A DNA stretch of 64,000 bases from Thermoproteota archaeon (GTDB taxonomy: Archaea; Thermoproteota; Thermoprotei; Gearchaeales; Gearchaeaceae), in contig JAJPJK010000008.1 in NCBI GenBank assembly GCA_021324265.1, positions 33,041 to 97,040 on the forward strand. The letters run 5' to 3'. The notes under the pieces are model-generated. The model made no database searches and had not been told where the DNA came from. It saw only the letters and a list, made by a program, of their open reading frames with translations. Below, in pieces: positions 38,779 through 49,554 of this stretch. Numbering within the stretch: position 1 is the first letter of the stretch; each line of letters starts with the position of its first letter. The position numbers and the translations under genes are program-made.

Positions 38779-39480
38779 ATGGCCAAGAAAAAGAATAAAA
38801 AACCAATTTTGGTCAAGAATAGCGTAACCGCACTCACAAGAGAGTTAGTAGAAAACGATACAGCCTTGAGCATGGTCTTGGCTGAAAACATCGTTAACAT
38901 AAGCGCTCTAGCTAGGAAATTGGAATCAACGATAAGTGCAAGGCTAGGTAAAAAAGTGAATGTTCAAGCAATAATTTCTGCACTAAAAAGAATAAGGGAA
39001 ACGTTAAAGATTGAGTTCGCTAAGAATATAGAAGTCTTAAAATTAAGCAGCCTAAGTGTCAGGACGGATTTGGCAAAGATTTCGATAAAAGCTAGAAAAG
39101 AAAACGCTGAAACTATGGCAAGGCTCATGCTGAAATTTAACGAATCTATAATGCAGATTTCTTGGAGCCCAACAGCCTATACAATTGTATTCGACGAATT
39201 CCTCATGCCATCTTTTACATCTCAGTTCAAGAATGAAGATTTGTTAGAAATGAAAAATGATCTTGCAGCAGTCATCATTCACAGTCCAGAAAAAATCATT
39301 GAAACACCAGGGTGTGTTTCTACAATTATCTCTAAGGTAGCATTAAGTGGAATAAACATTGAAGATGTCGTTTCTACTTATACCTATACTTTATTGCTTT
39401 TTAAAAGGGAAGATGCCTCAAGGGCTTTTCATGCATTAAACAATCTGATCTCTGAGCTTAGAAAGATGAGAAATGAGTAA
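38779..39480 (+). CDS. ACT-domain (amino-acid-binding) regulatory-type protein
   Basis: The C-terminal segment ISKVALSGINIEDVVSTYTYTLLLFKREDASRAFHALNNL resembles the terminal ACT repeat of aspartokinases. It overlaps the argH start. Confidence 0.4.
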   Translation: MAKKKNKKPILVKNSVTALTRELVENDTALSMVLAENIVNISALARKLESTISARLGKKVNVQAIISALKRIRETLKIEFAKNIEVLKLSSLSVRTDLAKISIKARKENAETMARLMLKFNESIMQISWSPTAYTIVFDEFLMPSFTSQFKNEDLLEMKNDLAAVIIHSPEKIIETPGCVSTIISKVALSGINIEDVVSTYTYTLLLFKREDASRAFHALNNLISELRKMRNE

Positions 39481-40858
39481 AGATATATACAGATCTAGAC
39501 TGAGCAAATCCTTATCTGAAAGAGCTAGAAAATATCTATCTTCGATAAAAGAAGATGCTGAGTTTTTCAATGAGGAAATACAGACACAAATTGCACACGT
39601 AGCGATGCTCCAAAGAATAGGCATTTTTGAAAAAGAGGAAGCAAAAAGGATAGTAGATGCCTTAATGGCGATAAGCAAGGAAGAGTTGATATCTTCAACA
39701 TTCGAGGACATCCATGAGTTCATTGAAGCAAAGCTAATAGAAAAGCTAGGTGAAGTTGCAATGAAAATACAAACTGGCAGATCGAGAAATGATCAAGTGG
39801 CAACAATTACAAGACTTAAACTCAAAAACTTATTATTGAAATCGCTTGAAGCAGAAATAAAATTCGTTAAAGACTTGTTGGATAGAGCTGAGAAGGATAT
39901 AGAGTGCCTAATAATATACAGAACTCACAGAAGGGATGCCCAAGTAGCTAATCTATCTCATTACTGGCTAGCTTTTGTCGATTCTTCGATGAGAAACCTT
40001 GAAAGGATAATTGAAGCATATCATAGATGCGATCTTTCACCTCTCGGTGCTTCAGCATGTGGAGGAAGTCTTATTCCTTTAGATCGCGAGTTTACAAAAG
40101 AAATGTTAGGCTTTAGTGGTTTGATAGAAAATAGCCTTGACGCAGTAACAACTAGAGATTTCATACTCGATTCTCTACATGCTCTCACATGCATCATGGT
40201 TGATCTTTCCAGAATGGCAGAAGATTTGATATACTGGACTGATATGAAAATATTAGATATTGATGATAGCCATGCATCAACTTCAAGCTTGATGCCACAC
40301 AAGAAAAATCCAGACGTCCTAGAAATGATAAAAGCAAGAGCAAAAGAAGTAATTTCTGGATATGGTACTGTTTCCAACATTTTATCTTCTCTACCCTCTG
40401 GATATAACAGAGAACTACAACGTGTCAAAGCAATTGTAATTGAGAAAACAAAGCTTGCTATAGAAAGCATCGAGATGATGGCTGAAGTAGTTCACTTAAT
40501 CAAATACGACAAGAATAAAGCAGAAGAAGCTATTTTAAGAAGCGAAAGCATAGCTACGGATATAGCCGAATATCTAGTTCTCAACACTAAAATTCCATTC
40601 AGGGAGATACATAAAGGAGTAGCAAATATTTTCAGAGAGTTAAGCAATAAAAAAGAAATTATGGACAGAATATCATCATATTTCAAGATTGAAAGTTTGG
40701 AAAAATTAGAACCAAAATTACTATTGAGTTTAAGGAAAAGCCTAGGTTCGCCTAATCCTTCTGAGATTAAAAGAATGCTTAGCGATAGAAAAGATAAAAT
40801 TGTTTACTTCGAAGACTTCTTAGAAAAACATAAAAAAGTTGTTAAAGAAGTTACATAA
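39473..40858 (+). CDS. argH: Argininosuccinate lyase
   Basis: Fumarate-lyase signature GSSLMPHKKNPD. Confidence 0.9.
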   Translation: MSKDIYRSRLSKSLSERARKYLSSIKEDAEFFNEEIQTQIAHVAMLQRIGIFEKEEAKRIVDALMAISKEELISSTFEDIHEFIEAKLIEKLGEVAMKIQTGRSRNDQVATITRLKLKNLLLKSLEAEIKFVKDLLDRAEKDIECLIIYRTHRRDAQVANLSHYWLAFVDSSMRNLERIIEAYHRCDLSPLGASACGGSLIPLDREFTKEMLGFSGLIENSLDAVTTRDFILDSLHALTCIMVDLSRMAEDLIYWTDMKILDIDDSHASTSSLMPHKKNPDVLEMIKARAKEVISGYGTVSNILSSLPSGYNRELQRVKAIVIEKTKLAIESIEMMAEVVHLIKYDKNKAEEAILRSESIATDIAEYLVLNTKIPFREIHKGVANIFRELSNKKEIMDRISSYFKIESLEKLEPKLLLSLRKSLGSPNPSEIKRMLSDRKDKIVYFEDFLEKHKKVVKEVT

Positions 40859-40920
40859 AGATATATGGCTATCCTAATTAATTATTAATCTTTAAAAAAT
40901 AAAAGAAGTATTATTTAATA

Positions 40921-41490
40921 ATGACTAAATTGGAGAAGGCTGTAAGGATGGCCATTTCCAGAGTGGTTGCTATAGCCATTGTAGTTATAATTGTTGTAGC
41001 TGCCGTAGCAGGAGTTTATCTTTACACACTTCTAACATCGCAGAAAATACCACAGATGACTTTAGCTCCAACTAGTTACGAGGTAATTCAAGGCGAACCA
41101 ATTAATTTTACATTCTATAACTTGATTCCGAATACAATAATAGTATTACACACTGGTGATGGAAATACAAAGAATGTGACTGCAACAAGCAGTCAGGCAT
41201 CTATTGTTTATACTTATCAGAATGGAGGACATTACCTTGTTTACGCGGATGAGATACAGAATGGAAAGATTATAAATAGCACATTCAATTCACTCATACA
41301 AATCATTGTAACACCTACTCTGAACAAGGATATATCGGATAAGGTTTCGATACCTACAATTGGTTTTAACACCACCAAAAATCCTGATGCACCAATAGTT
41401 CCAGTAAACAATACAGTTATCTCATACGAAGAAAACCCAATGATAGGAGGAGCGGGCGATAGCCTGTTTTACTGGTGGGTTAAAGGCTGA
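40921..41490 (+). CDS. Membrane-anchored extracellular protein, rich in N-glycosylation sequons, encoded where an ABC substrate-binding protein would be expected
   Basis: N-terminal TM anchor (VVAIAIVVIIVVAAVAGVYLY) and multiple NxT/S sites (NFT, NVT, NST, NTT, NNT). Only 189 aa, against 600 aa or more for Opp/Dpp binding proteins. Confidence 0.4.
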   Translation: MTKLEKAVRMAISRVVAIAIVVIIVVAAVAGVYLYTLLTSQKIPQMTLAPTSYEVIQGEPINFTFYNLIPNTIIVLHTGDGNTKNVTATSSQASIVYTYQNGGHYLVYADEIQNGKIINSTFNSLIQIIVTPTLNKDISDKVSIPTIGFNTTKNPDAPIVPVNNTVISYEENPMIGGAGDSLFYWWVKG

Positions 41491-41535
41491 ATTTTTTATA
41501 AATTTATTTTTTATGAATTCACTTGAATATTTAGT

Positions 41536-42591
41536 ATGAAACTTTGGGCCTATATATTGAGAAGAATACTCATACTCATCCCAACTCTTATAGGGCTGAC
41601 CTTGATGGTTTTCGTTATCATTCATCTGCAAGGTAATAACCTTCTCTTGGCACAATATCTCAACCCCAGACTCACAGGTCCTGCGAAACAGCAACAACTA
41701 GAGGCGCTAACTGAAAGATTCCATCTAAACGATCCTGTATATATCCAGTATTTTTACTGGCTCCAACAGATAATAACTGGTGATTGGGGCTATACTAACA
41801 CGCCCATATATAGTGGATCTGTTACGACTGCAATTTCCCTCTTTCTGCCCAATACTATTATTATTGCAGTATTTGCATCAATAATAATATGGCTATTAAG
41901 TATACCCTTGGGAGTTTCTTCTGCTGTTAATAGAGATTCAATCAGAGATCATCTGATAAGGGTTTCATCATTCACGCTTTATGCGATGCCTATCTATTTA
42001 ATAGCAATAGCTTTGATCATATTGCTTGGAGTTTATTTCCATGTTTTACCTTTTAGCGGCCCAGTAAATCCTTTACTTGTATCGAATCTAGATTGGTATA
42101 AAAATGGTATCTCTTATCCTACACATATATTACTCATCGATGCGCTCATACATGGAAATTTAACTGTCGCATGGGATGCTTTCCTCCATGTCATAATGCC
42201 TTCAGTTACCTTAGCTTTAGGTATTATGGCCGGGATAATTAGGATACTAAGGGCTAGCATGCTCGAAGTGCTCGAACAAGATTACATCAGACTTGCAAGA
42301 GCAAAAGGTGTACCTGAAAAAATAGTGATCAACTTACATGCAAGAAGGAATGCGCTTCTGCCTGTTGCTACATCATTTGGCTACACTGTAGCTGGTCTTC
42401 TAGGAGGAGCAGTTGTTATCGAAACAGTATTCAACTATCCAGGAATAGGCTATTGGACTACCCAAGCTCTACTCGTAAATGACGTAGGAGGTATAATGTC
42501 TTCAACATTGTTGTTCGGACTTATCCTTGTATTTACAACCTTGATCCTAGATATCTTATATGCGTTAATAGACCCGAGGATAAGATATTAA
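41536..42591 (+). CDS. Peptide/nickel ABC transporter permease (DppB/OppB-like)
   Basis: BPD_transp_1 topology with an N-terminal signal-anchor, and the conserved EAA-like loop region. Confidence 0.85.
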   Translation: MKLWAYILRRILILIPTLIGLTLMVFVIIHLQGNNLLLAQYLNPRLTGPAKQQQLEALTERFHLNDPVYIQYFYWLQQIITGDWGYTNTPIYSGSVTTAISLFLPNTIIIAVFASIIIWLLSIPLGVSSAVNRDSIRDHLIRVSSFTLYAMPIYLIAIALIILLGVYFHVLPFSGPVNPLLVSNLDWYKNGISYPTHILLIDALIHGNLTVAWDAFLHVIMPSVTLALGIMAGIIRILRASMLEVLEQDYIRLARAKGVPEKIVINLHARRNALLPVATSFGYTVAGLLGGAVVIETVFNYPGIGYWTTQALLVNDVGGIMSSTLLFGLILVFTTLILDILYALIDPRIRY

Positions 42592-43481
42592 TGGAAAAAA
42601 GAATGGAAGCTAAGGAGATTGAAGGTCTGCGATTATCATTGGTAATATTTTTCTCGAACAAAACTGCAGTTGTAGGATTAATGATTTTCATGGCATACGT
42701 AATAGATGCGCTTTTGATGCAATTTGCACCTTCTATGCTGGGCGTGAATAACCCTAATGCGCTCGCTTTTGACTATTCCAACACAATACCTCAGCCTCCA
42801 AGTCCAGAGCATATCCTAGGCACAACTTACTTCGGAGTAGATTTGCTACAAGCAATAATGCAGGCAATAAGAATAGATCTTGGCTACTCAGGATTAATTG
42901 TAATAAGTGGAGCTCTTATAGGCGCTTTATTTGGGATCATATCTGCTTATGCAGGTGGTTGGTTCGATGAGATCCTTATGAGAATAACTGATATATTCTT
43001 CGGCATACCATATCTAGTTTTAGCCTTAGGCGTAGGCTTTGCACTAGGTAGGACGATTGAGAGCATGATCATCGCATTGATAATAGTATGGTGGCCACTC
43101 TATGAAAGATATACAAGAAGCCTTACACTCAGTATTAAGGAACAAACTTTTATTGAAGCAGCAAAAGCATCAGGCGTAAGCGATCTTAAAATCATGATCA
43201 AACACATATTCCCGAATACTCTTCCGCCTGTTCTAGTACAAATATCACTCGACCTAGGAGTTGTAATGGCGATATTCGCAACCTTAACTTTCATAGGTTT
43301 CTTACCGACGGGCAACTTACCTGAGCTTGGTTATCTCACAAGTCTAGGATTGAATTATATCCAAATAGCTCCTTGGGCAACAATCTTCCCAGGTCTAGCA
43401 ATAACCATTTTTGCATTAGCAGTCAACTTAATGGGAGATGGATTGAGAGATGTCATAGATCCAAGAAGGCGAAGTTCATGA
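42591..43481 (+). CDS. Peptide/nickel ABC transporter permease (DppC/OppC-like)
   Basis: OppC-type permease with six TM helices. Confidence 0.85.
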   Translation: MEKRMEAKEIEGLRLSLVIFFSNKTAVVGLMIFMAYVIDALLMQFAPSMLGVNNPNALAFDYSNTIPQPPSPEHILGTTYFGVDLLQAIMQAIRIDLGYSGLIVISGALIGALFGIISAYAGGWFDEILMRITDIFFGIPYLVLALGVGFALGRTIESMIIALIIVWWPLYERYTRSLTLSIKEQTFIEAAKASGVSDLKIMIKHIFPNTLPPVLVQISLDLGVVMAIFATLTFIGFLPTGNLPELGYLTSLGLNYIQIAPWATIFPGLAITIFALAVNLMGDGLRDVIDPRRRSS

Positions 43482-44824
43482 GCGAAGGGCCTGTAATCAA
43501 AATCGACGATCTACATGTTTATTTTTTCACTAGGAGAGGAATTTATCAAGCACTGAGGGGGGTTAATCTAACCCTTAATAAAGGAGAAGTATTAGGTCTT
43601 GCAGGAGAAAGCGGGTCAGGTAAATCAACACTTGGATTAGCAATTATGGGCTTGCTTCCGAGAAATGCGATAATTCCAAAAGGGAGCATAATTTTGGGAA
43701 ATGGGACAGATTTGGTAGAGAAGATAAGAGGGAAAGCTCCATTCAAGAAAGACAAGTTGAATCTTAGGAAAAATGAGTTGCTGATTAGAAATTTGAACAA
43801 ACACTTACAGAAAATAAGGGGTAAGAGGATATCTATGGTCTTCCAAGAACCAATGACCGCGCTGAATCCTGTTTTGCAAATAGGTTACCAAATAGCTGAG
43901 ACCGTACTATACCATGACGCTGAAAGGCTAATAAGAAGGGCGCTAGCTAGAGAAAAAGTTACACGGGAAGACTTAAGGAATATGATAAAAATCCTAAAGA
44001 ATGAAGGAGAAAGAGGTATATATGAGTATGCGCTTAAAGCGGGGCTGAATGGTATTGAGGAACAAATATTTGCTATATGGAATAGGGAGGATATACATGA
44101 AGCAAAGAAGGAAAAAATGATAATTGATCTGGCAAAAGATAAACTTGGTCTCTTTGAACGAATAGGTTTAAAATTAGCACGTAAAGGAATGTTAAAAATA
44201 CCTTTAATTTCCAGATTAGCTAGGAGAGCACTCATCAAAGAAGGCTATAGAGTAGCTAAGGAGTTACTTTCATCATTAGGTATACCGCAGGTTGATTCTG
44301 TAGTGAAAATGTATCCACATGAATTATCTGGAGGTATGCGCCAAAGAGTGGTGATTGCCATAGCGCTGGCAAATAATCCTGATGTTGTGATCTTAGATGA
44401 GCCAACGAGTGCGCTAGACGTAACTATTCAGGCCCAGATTTTGGAGTTAATAAGAAATCTGAGAAAGAAAACAAATGCAGCATTCTTATTCATCTCCCAC
44501 GATTTGTCCGTACTCGCTGAAGTTTCTGATAGAATCGCAATAATGTATGCTGGTAAAGTTATGGAGGTGGGAAGAGTTGAACAAATATTCGAAGAGCCAT
44601 TGCATCCTTACACAAAGATGCTTCTAGATGTCATACCTACAATGGAGAAAGATACGCTTAAACCGGCTAAAGGAACAATCCCTGATGCAAGATATCCGCC
44701 TCCAGGCTGTCCATTTGCGCCTAGATGCCCATTTGCAAAGGAGGATTGTTTGAAGTTCGATAGAGAGATAGCAGTGACCAAGGATCACATAGTTTCGTGC
44801 ATTCTCTACGAAAATAAAAAATGA
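43478..44824 (+). CDS. Peptide ABC transporter ATP-binding protein (DppD/OppD-like) with a large insertion
   Basis: The start MSEGPVIKIDDL overlaps the oppC stop (ATGA). Walker A GESGSGKST, signature LSGGMRQR, Walker B ILDEPTSALD, and the C-terminal oligopeptide-ATPase Cys motif are present. An insertion of about 120 aa lies between the Q-loop and the signature. Confidence 0.85.
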   Translation: MSEGPVIKIDDLHVYFFTRRGIYQALRGVNLTLNKGEVLGLAGESGSGKSTLGLAIMGLLPRNAIIPKGSIILGNGTDLVEKIRGKAPFKKDKLNLRKNELLIRNLNKHLQKIRGKRISMVFQEPMTALNPVLQIGYQIAETVLYHDAERLIRRALAREKVTREDLRNMIKILKNEGERGIYEYALKAGLNGIEEQIFAIWNREDIHEAKKEKMIIDLAKDKLGLFERIGLKLARKGMLKIPLISRLARRALIKEGYRVAKELLSSLGIPQVDSVVKMYPHELSGGMRQRVVIAIALANNPDVVILDEPTSALDVTIQAQILELIRNLRKKTNAAFLFISHDLSVLAEVSDRIAIMYAGKVMEVGRVEQIFEEPLHPYTKMLLDVIPTMEKDTLKPAKGTIPDARYPPPGCPFAPRCPFAKEDCLKFDREIAVTKDHIVSCILYENKK

Positions 44825-46104
44825 TCGCAGCTTTCGGAATAAGGAAATATTTCAATGTTAAACAAAGCATGCTTAGCAACCTCATGCTTAAGGCCGTCGA
44901 TGGTGTCGATCTAAAAATAAGAAAAGGTGAGATCTTTGGACTTGTAGGCGAGAGCGGATCGGGGAAGACCACTTTGGGAAGAATTCTTGTAGGTCTTCTC
45001 GAACCTACTGAAGGTGACGTTCTTTTCGATGTAGATGAAGATGTGACTTCAAGATATGAAAATGCTCTATTAAAAGGAGACAAAGAAGAACTTGAAGCAC
45101 TAAGCAAGAAATATTCTATATTCAAGAAAAGGGGCAACAATAGAAAGATATTAAGAAGGAAAATGAACATAGTTTTCCAAGATCCATATTCATCGCTTGA
45201 TCCTAGAATGAGAATAATTGATATAGTGAAAGAACCAATGATCGCAACTGACTATCTAAAAGGAGAAGCTGCAGAAAAACGAGTTCTTGATCTCCTAGAG
45301 GAAGTAGGTCTTGGAAAGAGTTTTGCACAGCGTTATCCACATGAGCTCAGTGGAGGCCAAAGGCAGAGAGTAGCTATAGCAAGAGCTCTTGCTACTGAGC
45401 CTGAGTTTGTTGTCCTAGATGAACCAACAAGTGCGCTAGACGTATCAGTGCAAGCACAGATTTTGAATCTGCTTAAGAAACTCAAACAAGAAAGAGAATT
45501 AACAATGCTTTTGATAACGCATAACATAGCTGTTGTTAGTTATATGGCTGATAGAGTAGGAGTTATGTATGCTGGCAAGCTTATGGAGGTCGGCGATAAA
45601 ATACAAGTCCTAAAGAATCCTAAGCATCCTTACACTGTTTCGCTAATATCCGCAGTTCCTCAACCTAAACCAAGATCTATAAGGCAAAGAATTGTGCTTA
45701 AAGGCGAACCGCCTAACCTAATATTCCTACCCAGAGGATGTATATTTCATCCTAGATGCCCATTTGCCTTCGAAGAATGCGGATGGTCAACAGACGAAAT
45801 AGTCGATGATTTATCTTATCTCATAAGCAGTAAATATTACGAGAGTTTCGGCGAAAGTGTATCGATTCGAACCAAGGATGAAAATACTATTATTATAGAA
45901 AACGCGAAGGCAGAGCTCATATCAGAAATTGTAGAAAAAGAAAAAGCAAATCTCAAGAGCCTAACAGCAATAAAAAAGATAACTCAAGAAGTTAATTATG
46001 TCGAGATTAAAATACATGATTTCATAACACCTGAACTCTATAAATTAGATGACGGTAGAAAAGTAGCCTGTTTATTATTTAGAGCTGAAGAGAAAAACGC
46101 CTAA
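44821..46104 (+). CDS. Peptide ABC transporter ATP-binding protein (DppF/OppF-like) with a C-terminal extension
   Basis: Walker A GESGSGKTT, signature LSGGQRQR, Walker B VLDEPTSALD, and a tail of about 100 aa after the conserved HPRCPFA region. Confidence 0.85.
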   Translation: MIAAFGIRKYFNVKQSMLSNLMLKAVDGVDLKIRKGEIFGLVGESGSGKTTLGRILVGLLEPTEGDVLFDVDEDVTSRYENALLKGDKEELEALSKKYSIFKKRGNNRKILRRKMNIVFQDPYSSLDPRMRIIDIVKEPMIATDYLKGEAAEKRVLDLLEEVGLGKSFAQRYPHELSGGQRQRVAIARALATEPEFVVLDEPTSALDVSVQAQILNLLKKLKQERELTMLLITHNIAVVSYMADRVGVMYAGKLMEVGDKIQVLKNPKHPYTVSLISAVPQPKPRSIRQRIVLKGEPPNLIFLPRGCIFHPRCPFAFEECGWSTDEIVDDLSYLISSKYYESFGESVSIRTKDENTIIIENAKAELISEIVEKEKANLKSLTAIKKITQEVNYVEIKIHDFITPELYKLDDGRKVACLLFRAEEKNA

Positions 46105-46108
46105 CTTT

Positions 46109-48022
46109 TTGATGGATAAGCTTGTAGCTATCGATATAGGAGGCACATTTACAGATATAGTCATTTATGATGGTAAGATAAAAATTAGAAAGATTTTTAC
46201 AGGGAACAACCCTGAAACACTGGTCGACTCATTGATCAAAGAGTTCTTAGATTTCAAAATTCTTCATGCGACTACGCTCGCTACTAACGCGATCCTAACC
46301 AGACAAGGCTTACCCAGAGTAGCAATGATCACTACAAAGGGATTTAAGGACGTAATAGAAATAGGTCGCCAAAATCGGCCCAAACTATATGACCTCTTTT
46401 TCGAAAAACCGAGACCGCTTGTTGAAGAAGAAATGAGGTTTGAGGTAAATGAAAGAATAGATTCACGTGGGAAAATTCTCGCGCATCTTGATCATAACGA
46501 ACTCAATGAAGTCCTTAAAAGAATTAAGTCCAAGGAAGTTCAAGTTATTGCTGTTTGTTTATTGAATTCTTATGTTAACCCCGAACATGAAAGAACAATA
46601 GCTTCAGAAGCAAGGAAAAGCTTTGAATACGTCTCAGCTTCCTACGAAGTAGCAAACGAGCCTAGAGAATATGAAAGAACTTCTACAACTGTAATAAACG
46701 CATTACTCATGCCTATATTAAGTAAGTATCTTGCAAGATTCAAGCAAGTCTATGTTATGTCTAGCGCTGGAGGACTTGTCGATAAACACGAAGCAATTCA
46801 AAGACCCGTGCAACTCATCGAATCAGGACCTGCCGCTGGCGTTATTGCGAGTGCAGAACTAGCGAGAATACTTGGCATAAAAAATGTAATAAGCCTAGAC
46901 ATGGGTGGAACAACTGCAAAGGCATCATCAATTTTAGATAATACGATCTCCATTACCAGTGAATACGAGGTTGCCGGTGAAGTACATCATGGTAGGATCA
47001 TCAAGGGTTCCGGATACCCACTAAGATTCCCCTTCATAGATCTGGCGGAAGTTTCTACAGGTGGAGGAAGTATAATATGGAAAGATAAAGAAGAAGCATT
47101 AAGAGTTGGGCCGATCAGTGCTGGTTCTTATCCTGGTCCTGCATGCTATCGCTTAGGCGGACAAAATCCTACAATAACTGATGCCAATCTTTTGCTGGGA
47201 AGAATTAGCGATGAAATATCGGGCTATAAGCTAGATAAAGCTGCCAGCATAAAAGTGCTAAGCAAACTGGGTGATCCTTATCGAATTTCTAGAGATGCAC
47301 TTTCCATCGCTAACTTAGAACTAGCAAGAGCGATAAGGCTGGTAACCATTGAAAGAGGCTACGATCCGATTGATTTTCATTTATTCGCCTTTGGAGGAGC
47401 TGGGCCCCAGCACGCATGCTTTGTTGGCGAGGAAATCGGCATAAGGAAGATTGTAATTCCGCCTATGCCGGGGCTTTTCAGCTCATTTGGTCTCTTATTA
47501 TGTGATGAGAAATATGAGCTAAGAGGAAGGCCAAAAGATAATCTTGAAGAAAGTTTCGAAGAACTCGAGAAAGAGTTAGAACACAAGCTTGGAAAGGTTG
47601 ATTACTTTGAAAGATATGCAGACATGAAATACAAAAGACAAGGATGGGAAATCATTGTTAAAATACCTAGCCCTTGCAGCGAGAAAGAAGCATATGAACT
47701 TTTTGAAGAAATACACATGAAAAATTATGGCTTCAAGCTTGAGGAAAAGATAGAGATAGTTACGATAAGGGTATTCGCAGTAATAAAGAAAAGACTCAAG
47801 GTAGAGGACCTAATTGAATACAGCATAGCTGGTCATGAAGTGAAGAAAAGGCTTGTATATCTCGATGATTTACAAGAAATACCCGTTTATCCGAGAGCTT
47901 TCCCAATGGGCACTGAAATTGAAGGTCCTGCAATAATTGAGGAATACAGTAGCTCCACATTCATCCCCAAAAATTGGAAAGCTAGAATAATAGAACTTGG
48001 ATGCATATTGCTTGAGAGATGA
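46109..48022 (+). CDS. Hydantoinase A/N-methylhydantoinase A/oxoprolinase-family (HyuA-like) subunit
   Basis: N-terminal ASKHA fold [12 protein letters not shown] and conserved Hydantoinase_A blocks. Confidence 0.85.
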   Translation: MMDKLVAIDIGGTFTDIVIYDGKIKIRKIFTGNNPETLVDSLIKEFLDFKILHATTLATNAILTRQGLPRVAMITTKGFKDVIEIGRQNRPKLYDLFFEKPRPLVEEEMRFEVNERIDSRGKILAHLDHNELNEVLKRIKSKEVQVIAVCLLNSYVNPEHERTIASEARKSFEYVSASYEVANEPREYERTSTTVINALLMPILSKYLARFKQVYVMSSAGGLVDKHEAIQRPVQLIESGPAAGVIASAELARILGIKNVISLDMGGTTAKASSILDNTISITSEYEVAGEVHHGRIIKGSGYPLRFPFIDLAEVSTGGGSIIWKDKEEALRVGPISAGSYPGPACYRLGGQNPTITDANLLLGRISDEISGYKLDKAASIKVLSKLGDPYRISRDALSIANLELARAIRLVTIERGYDPIDFHLFAFGGAGPQHACFVGEEIGIRKIVIPPMPGLFSSFGLLLCDEKYELRGRPKDNLEESFEELEKELEHKLGKVDYFERYADMKYKRQGWEIIVKIPSPCSEKEAYELFEEIHMKNYGFKLEEKIEIVTIRVFAVIKKRLKVEDLIEYSIAGHEVKKRLVYLDDLQEIPVYPRAFPMGTEIEGPAIIEEYSSSTFIPKNWKARIIELGCILLER

Positions 48023-49551
48023 TCTGGGAAATCATTCAGAAATCACTAGAATTCATTGCAGAAGAAATGGGTATCGTGCTTAAGCGTTCTTCAGTATCAC
48101 CAAATATAAGGGAAAGAAATGATTTCAGTTGCGGAATAATAGATGAAGAGGGTAGAATACTTGCTCTCGCTGAACACATTCCTGTTCATCTAGGCTCCTT
48201 CAAAGTCATGGCTAAAAATTGCATAGAGTACATACAAGAATTAGAAGAAGGAGATGTCTTGCTATTCAACGATCCATATATATCTGGAACTCATCTCAAC
48301 GACTTAACCTTGGCTAGACCTGTTTTCCACAATAATAAGCTAATAGCTTTAACCCTGAATAAAGCGCACCATGTAGATGTAGGAGGCCCTATACCTGCGA
48401 GCATAAATCCCAATGCCAAGACGATTTATGAAGAAGGTTTGATCATACCGCCAGTGAAGATTATGCGAAAGAATGAAATTATAAAGGAAGTGATAGATTT
48501 GATCAAAAGTAACTTCAAGGTTCCAAGTGCTTTCGTTGCTGATCTAAAAGCCCAGATAGCAGCAAGCATCAATGGCGAGAAAAGAATAAAAGAACTAATT
48601 GATAAAGTATCACTCGATGAATTCAAGGAAGCGAACTATAAAGCATTTAACTATTCAAAGAGGATAGTAGAAAAGAACTTGAGTGAATTTAGAGGCTACA
48701 GTTGCAATGCGGAAGACTACTTGGAGCTTGAAGAAGAACTCCTAACTATAAAAGTAAAAATTAACATAAATGATAAATTCTCAGTTGATTTTAGGGGCTC
48801 TTCCAAACAGATCGAAAGACCTTTGAATGCCGTCTATGGCGTTACGTTCTCATCCGTTTCCTTTGCACTGAGATGTTTGATAAGAGATTATCTTCCTCTA
48901 AATGAAGGATTCTATGAAATCATAAGCGTAAATGCTGACGAAGGCACAATCGTGAATCCCAAAAAGCCTGCTCCAGTTTCTGCTGGAAATCTAGAAACTA
49001 GCCAAAGGATTGTAGATGCAATATTTAAGGCTTTAGCAACTATCATGCCGAACAAAATTCCAGCTGCGGGATGTGGCACAATGATGAATGTTATGATGGG
49101 CGGAATAAGAAATGGGGAGTTTTGGAGTTATTATGAAACAATTGGTGGCGGATCCGGGGCAAGACCCAACAAAGATGGTGTTTCTGCGACACATACAAAC
49201 ATGACAAATACGCTAAACACACCCATTGAAATAGCTGAACTTGAATATCCTTTGCTATACACTATTTATGAAATCAGGAGAAACAGTGGTGGGTATGGAA
49301 AATATAAAGGTGGGGATGGCATTGTAAGAGGATTTAAAATCACCGAAAGAGCGACTTTATCGATTATTTCCGATAGATTTAGGATCCGCCCATGGGGATT
49401 AAATGGAGGTGGCCAAGGAGAAAGAGGAAGAAATACATTGATAAGAAATGGAATTCCAAAAGAGATGCCAAGTAAATTCACTATTGAACTCATTCAAGGA
49501 GATGAAGTCATAATTGAAACACCTGGAGGCGGAGGTTTTGGGGAAAAATAA
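48019..49551 (+). CDS. Hydantoinase B/N-methylhydantoinase B-family (HyuB-like) subunit
   Basis: Hydantoinase_B family blocks (GDVLLFNDPY, GGGGFG at the C-terminus). Coupled to hyuA by an ATGA overlap. Confidence 0.85.
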   Translation: MIWEIIQKSLEFIAEEMGIVLKRSSVSPNIRERNDFSCGIIDEEGRILALAEHIPVHLGSFKVMAKNCIEYIQELEEGDVLLFNDPYISGTHLNDLTLARPVFHNNKLIALTLNKAHHVDVGGPIPASINPNAKTIYEEGLIIPPVKIMRKNEIIKEVIDLIKSNFKVPSAFVADLKAQIAASINGEKRIKELIDKVSLDEFKEANYKAFNYSKRIVEKNLSEFRGYSCNAEDYLELEEELLTIKVKININDKFSVDFRGSSKQIERPLNAVYGVTFSSVSFALRCLIRDYLPLNEGFYEIISVNADEGTIVNPKKPAPVSAGNLETSQRIVDAIFKALATIMPNKIPAAGCGTMMNVMMGGIRNGEFWSYYETIGGGSGARPNKDGVSATHTNMTNTLNTPIEIAELEYPLLYTIYEIRRNSGGYGKYKGGDGIVRGFKITERATLSIISDRFRIRPWGLNGGGQGERGRNTLIRNGIPKEMPSKFTIELIQGDEVIIETPGGGGFGEK

Positions 49552-49554
49552 TAA

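Noticed and set aside
43373-43477. Upstream extension of the OppD ORF (MGNNLPRSSNNHFCISSQ...)
   Set aside because: The extension overlaps the 3' end of oppC in another frame and has no ABC-like sequence. The ATG at 43478, overlapping the oppC stop (ATGA), gives the canonical N-terminus MSEGPVIKIDDL.
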